NCBI GenBank assembly: GCA_964462415.1
Contig: CAYWWP010000016.1
Span: 1-14,427, forward strand
Reading direction: 5' to 3'
DNA length: 14,427 bases
Origin: an uncultured Candidatus Saccharibacteria bacterium
Lineage (GTDB): Bacteria > Patescibacteriota > Minisyncoccia > Phycocordibacterales > Phycocordibacteraceae
Position 1 is the first letter of the stretch. Every line of letters begins with the position of its first letter. The notes below the pieces were generated by a model. It was not told the origin of the DNA. It did no database searches and saw only the letters and a program-made list of their open reading frames with translations. The translations under genes were made by a program, and so were the position numbers. Below are positions 13,093-14,427 of this stretch, piece by piece.

Positions 13093-13126
13093 CAGAAAAA
13101 ACGCCCCAAACAGGGGCGTTTTTCTG
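13093..13126. terminator. Strong intrinsic terminator after the SIMPL gene (A tract, stem, T tract; bidirectional type)
   Basis: CAGAAAAAACGCCCC-AAACA-GGGGCGTTTTTCTG. Confidence 0.8.
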
Positions 13127-13129
13127 TAA

Positions 13130-13157
13130 TTGACTGTTTCTGTATCTGCGGTATCAT
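13130..13157 (+). promoter_or_regulatory. Sigma-70-like promoter for secE-nusG
   Basis: It reads TTGACT (13130-13135), a 16-nt spacer, then TATCAT (13152-13157). Confidence 0.45.
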
Positions 13158-13171
13158 TACGGTTACATAAG

Positions 13172-13193
13172 AGCCCGCAGGGCTTTTTTATTT
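13172..13193 (+). terminator. Short terminator-like hairpin plus T tract inside the putative secE leader (possible attenuator, or a second tandem terminator)
   Basis: AGCCC-GCA-GGGCT is followed by TTTTTATTT. It starts about 10 nt after the predicted transcription start and ends 23 nt before the secE ATG. Confidence 0.45.
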
Positions 13194-13215
13194 AGAGGGT
13201 AATTACGACGAGCAT

Positions 13216-13404
13216 ATGCGTGCATTCATCAGCTATCTCAAGAATGTGCAGGGCGAACTTAAGCATGTGGTGTGGCCAAACCGTAACCAGGCTATCGTGC
13301 ACACGCTCCTCATCATTGTGATCTCGGCGTTTGTAGCGCTGTATGTTTCTGGTCTCGACTACATCTTCACGGGTGTGGTGAACCGTCTCGTCACGGGTTA
13401 TTAG
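13216..13404 (+). CDS. secE: Preprotein translocase subunit SecE
   Basis: The product is 62 aa. It has the motif ELKHVVWPNRNQ followed by one TM helix, and it sits immediately upstream of nusG. Confidence 0.85.
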   Translation: MRAFISYLKNVQGELKHVVWPNRNQAIVHTLLIIVISAFVALYVSGLDYIFTGVVNRLVTGY

Positions 13405-13426
13405 TCGTTCTAACTACATACACGTT

Positions 13427-13996
13427 ATGGAAATGAAGACCGCTCCGCAGTTTTCGGAGGACGCCGTTAACCCAGAGCCACGCTGGTACACCATCCATAC
13501 CTATGCGGGCTACGAGAACGCTGTAGAGCGTAACCTAAAGCAGCGCATTGAGTCGCTCGGCATGGAGCACAAGATCTTCGATGTGGTCGTGCCTACTGAA
13601 AAGAAGATTCGTGTGAAGGGTGGCAAGCGCATCGTAGAAGAGGAGAAAATCTACCCGGGCTACATTCTCGTGCGCATGATTGTAGATGAGGATTCGTGGT
13701 TTGTGGTGCGCAACACGCCGCGCGTTACTGGCTTTGTGGGTGCAGGCAACACGCCAGTGCCTATGGAGGAGAGCGAGGTAGCAACGCTCATGAAGCGTAT
13801 GGACCAGGAGGCTCCTAAGCATCGTATCGACCTCATGAAGGATGATCCGGTCGTTATTGGCGACGGTCCATTTAAGGACCTTGAGGGCAAGGTGGGTGAA
13901 ATTGACGAGGAGCGCGGCAAGGTAAAAGTCCTTGTGGCTATGTTCGGTCGCGAGACTCCTGTCGAGCTTGATTTCCTCCAGGTTCGCAAGCTCTAA
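13427..13996 (+). CDS. nusG: Transcription termination/antitermination factor NusG
   Basis: The NGN domain is present (RWYTIHTYAGYENAVERNLKQRI...PGYILVRM...VRNTPRVTGFVG). A KOW domain follows (VVIGDGPFKDLEGKVGEIDEERGKVKV). The secE-nusG-rplK order is conserved. Confidence 0.9.
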   Translation: MEMKTAPQFSEDAVNPEPRWYTIHTYAGYENAVERNLKQRIESLGMEHKIFDVVVPTEKKIRVKGGKRIVEEEKIYPGYILVRMIVDEDSWFVVRNTPRVTGFVGAGNTPVPMEESEVATLMKRMDQEAPKHRIDLMKDDPVVIGDGPFKDLEGKVGEIDEERGKVKVLVAMFGRETPVELDFLQVRKL

Positions 13997-13998
13997 AA

Positions 13999-14027
13999 TT
14001 GACCCCTGGCATAAATTAGGATACAGT
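13999..14027 (+). promoter_or_regulatory. Candidate internal promoter for rplK
   Basis: It reads TTGACC (13999-14004), a 17-nt spacer, then TACAGT (14022-14027), which ends 10 nt before the rplK ATG. Confidence 0.35.
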
Positions 14028-14037
14028 CCACACACAT

Positions 14038-14427
14038 ATGGCAAAGGCAGTAAAGAAGATTAAGCTCCAGATCCCAGGCGGTAAGGCAACGCCGGCTCCT
14101 CCTATTGGTACCGTACTTGGTCCAGCAGGTGTAAACATTGCTGATTTCGTTAACAAGTTCAACGAGCAGACCAAGGACAAGCCAGGAGTAATTATCCCGG
14201 TTGAGATGACGGTGTACGACGATCGTACCTTCACCTTCATCCTCAAGGTGTCACCTATGTCACGCCTCATCCTCAAGGCGCTTGGCGTAGAGAAGGGTTC
14301 AGGAAAGACTCCATTCTCAAAGGTGGGCAGCCTCTCAAAGGCTCAGGTTCGTGAAATCGCTGAGACCAAGATGCCAGACCTCAACGCTGCTTCACTTGAA
14401 GCTGCAGACCGCATGGTAGAGGGTACG
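14038..14427 (+). CDS. rplK: 50S ribosomal protein L11 (5' part; runs off the window end)
   Basis: This ORF is not in the supplied track because it has no stop in the window. My translation from the ATG at 14038 is [73 protein letters not shown]..., a canonical L11 N-terminal domain. Confidence 0.9.
   Translation, partial: MAKAVKKIKLQIPGGKATPAPPIGTVLGPAGVNIADFVNKFNEQTKDKPGVIIPVEMTVYDDRTFTFILKVSPMSRLILKALGVEKGSGKTPFSKVGSLSKAQVREIAETKMPDLNAASLEAADRMVEGT

Noticed and set aside
13535-14044. 169-aa and 109-aa minus-strand ORFs antisense to nusG
   Set aside because: These are shadow ORFs opposite a strongly recognisable NusG. They have His/Leu/Arg-rich nonsense composition.

Overview
This 14.4-kb window is a mostly plus-strand housekeeping stretch from a compact bacterial genome. 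Gene content suggests Patescibacteria/CPR (a PilM-PilN-PilO pilus module with no secretin, many small membrane-anchored orphans, almost no Shine-Dalgarno sites), but that placement is inference only. I can support 7 tRNA genes: Arg-GCG, Ser-TGA, Arg-TCT, Leu-CAG, Val-TAC, Leu-GAG and His-GTG. Recognisable CDSs are ruvX/yqgF, a stand-alone tRNA-binding-domain protein, pilM/pilN/pilO-like plus a small membrane protein, acylphosphatase, uppS, an RluA-family pseudouridine synthase, rplS with an acidic tail, mscL, an HD phosphohydrolase, a Fur-family regulator followed by a YibE/F-type membrane protein, a SIMPL/DUF541 protein, secE, nusG and the 5' part of rplK. Orphans are a 157-189 aa membrane protein, a 428-aa exported Cys-rich repeat protein wedged between tRNA genes, and a 226-aa anchored protein with a four-Cys module. 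I found no CRISPR array, transposase, integrase or reverse transcriptase. The most unusual signal is non-coding. At two independent tRNA loci (Ser-TGA and Leu-GAG) the last ~20 nt of the tRNA recur downstream as a perfect inverted copy just after the terminator hairpin. They recur again as a direct copy ~120 nt away. Together these copies close a very GC-rich multi-hairpin module of similar size and layout at both loci. Other leads are a 7-1-7 Fur-type operator in the HD/fur divergent promoter, a bacterial tRNA-Arg with a G34 (GCG) anticodon, -10-like hexamers sitting 6-10 nt from start codons (suggesting leaderless mRNAs), and a promoter-plus-terminator leader ahead of secE-nusG.
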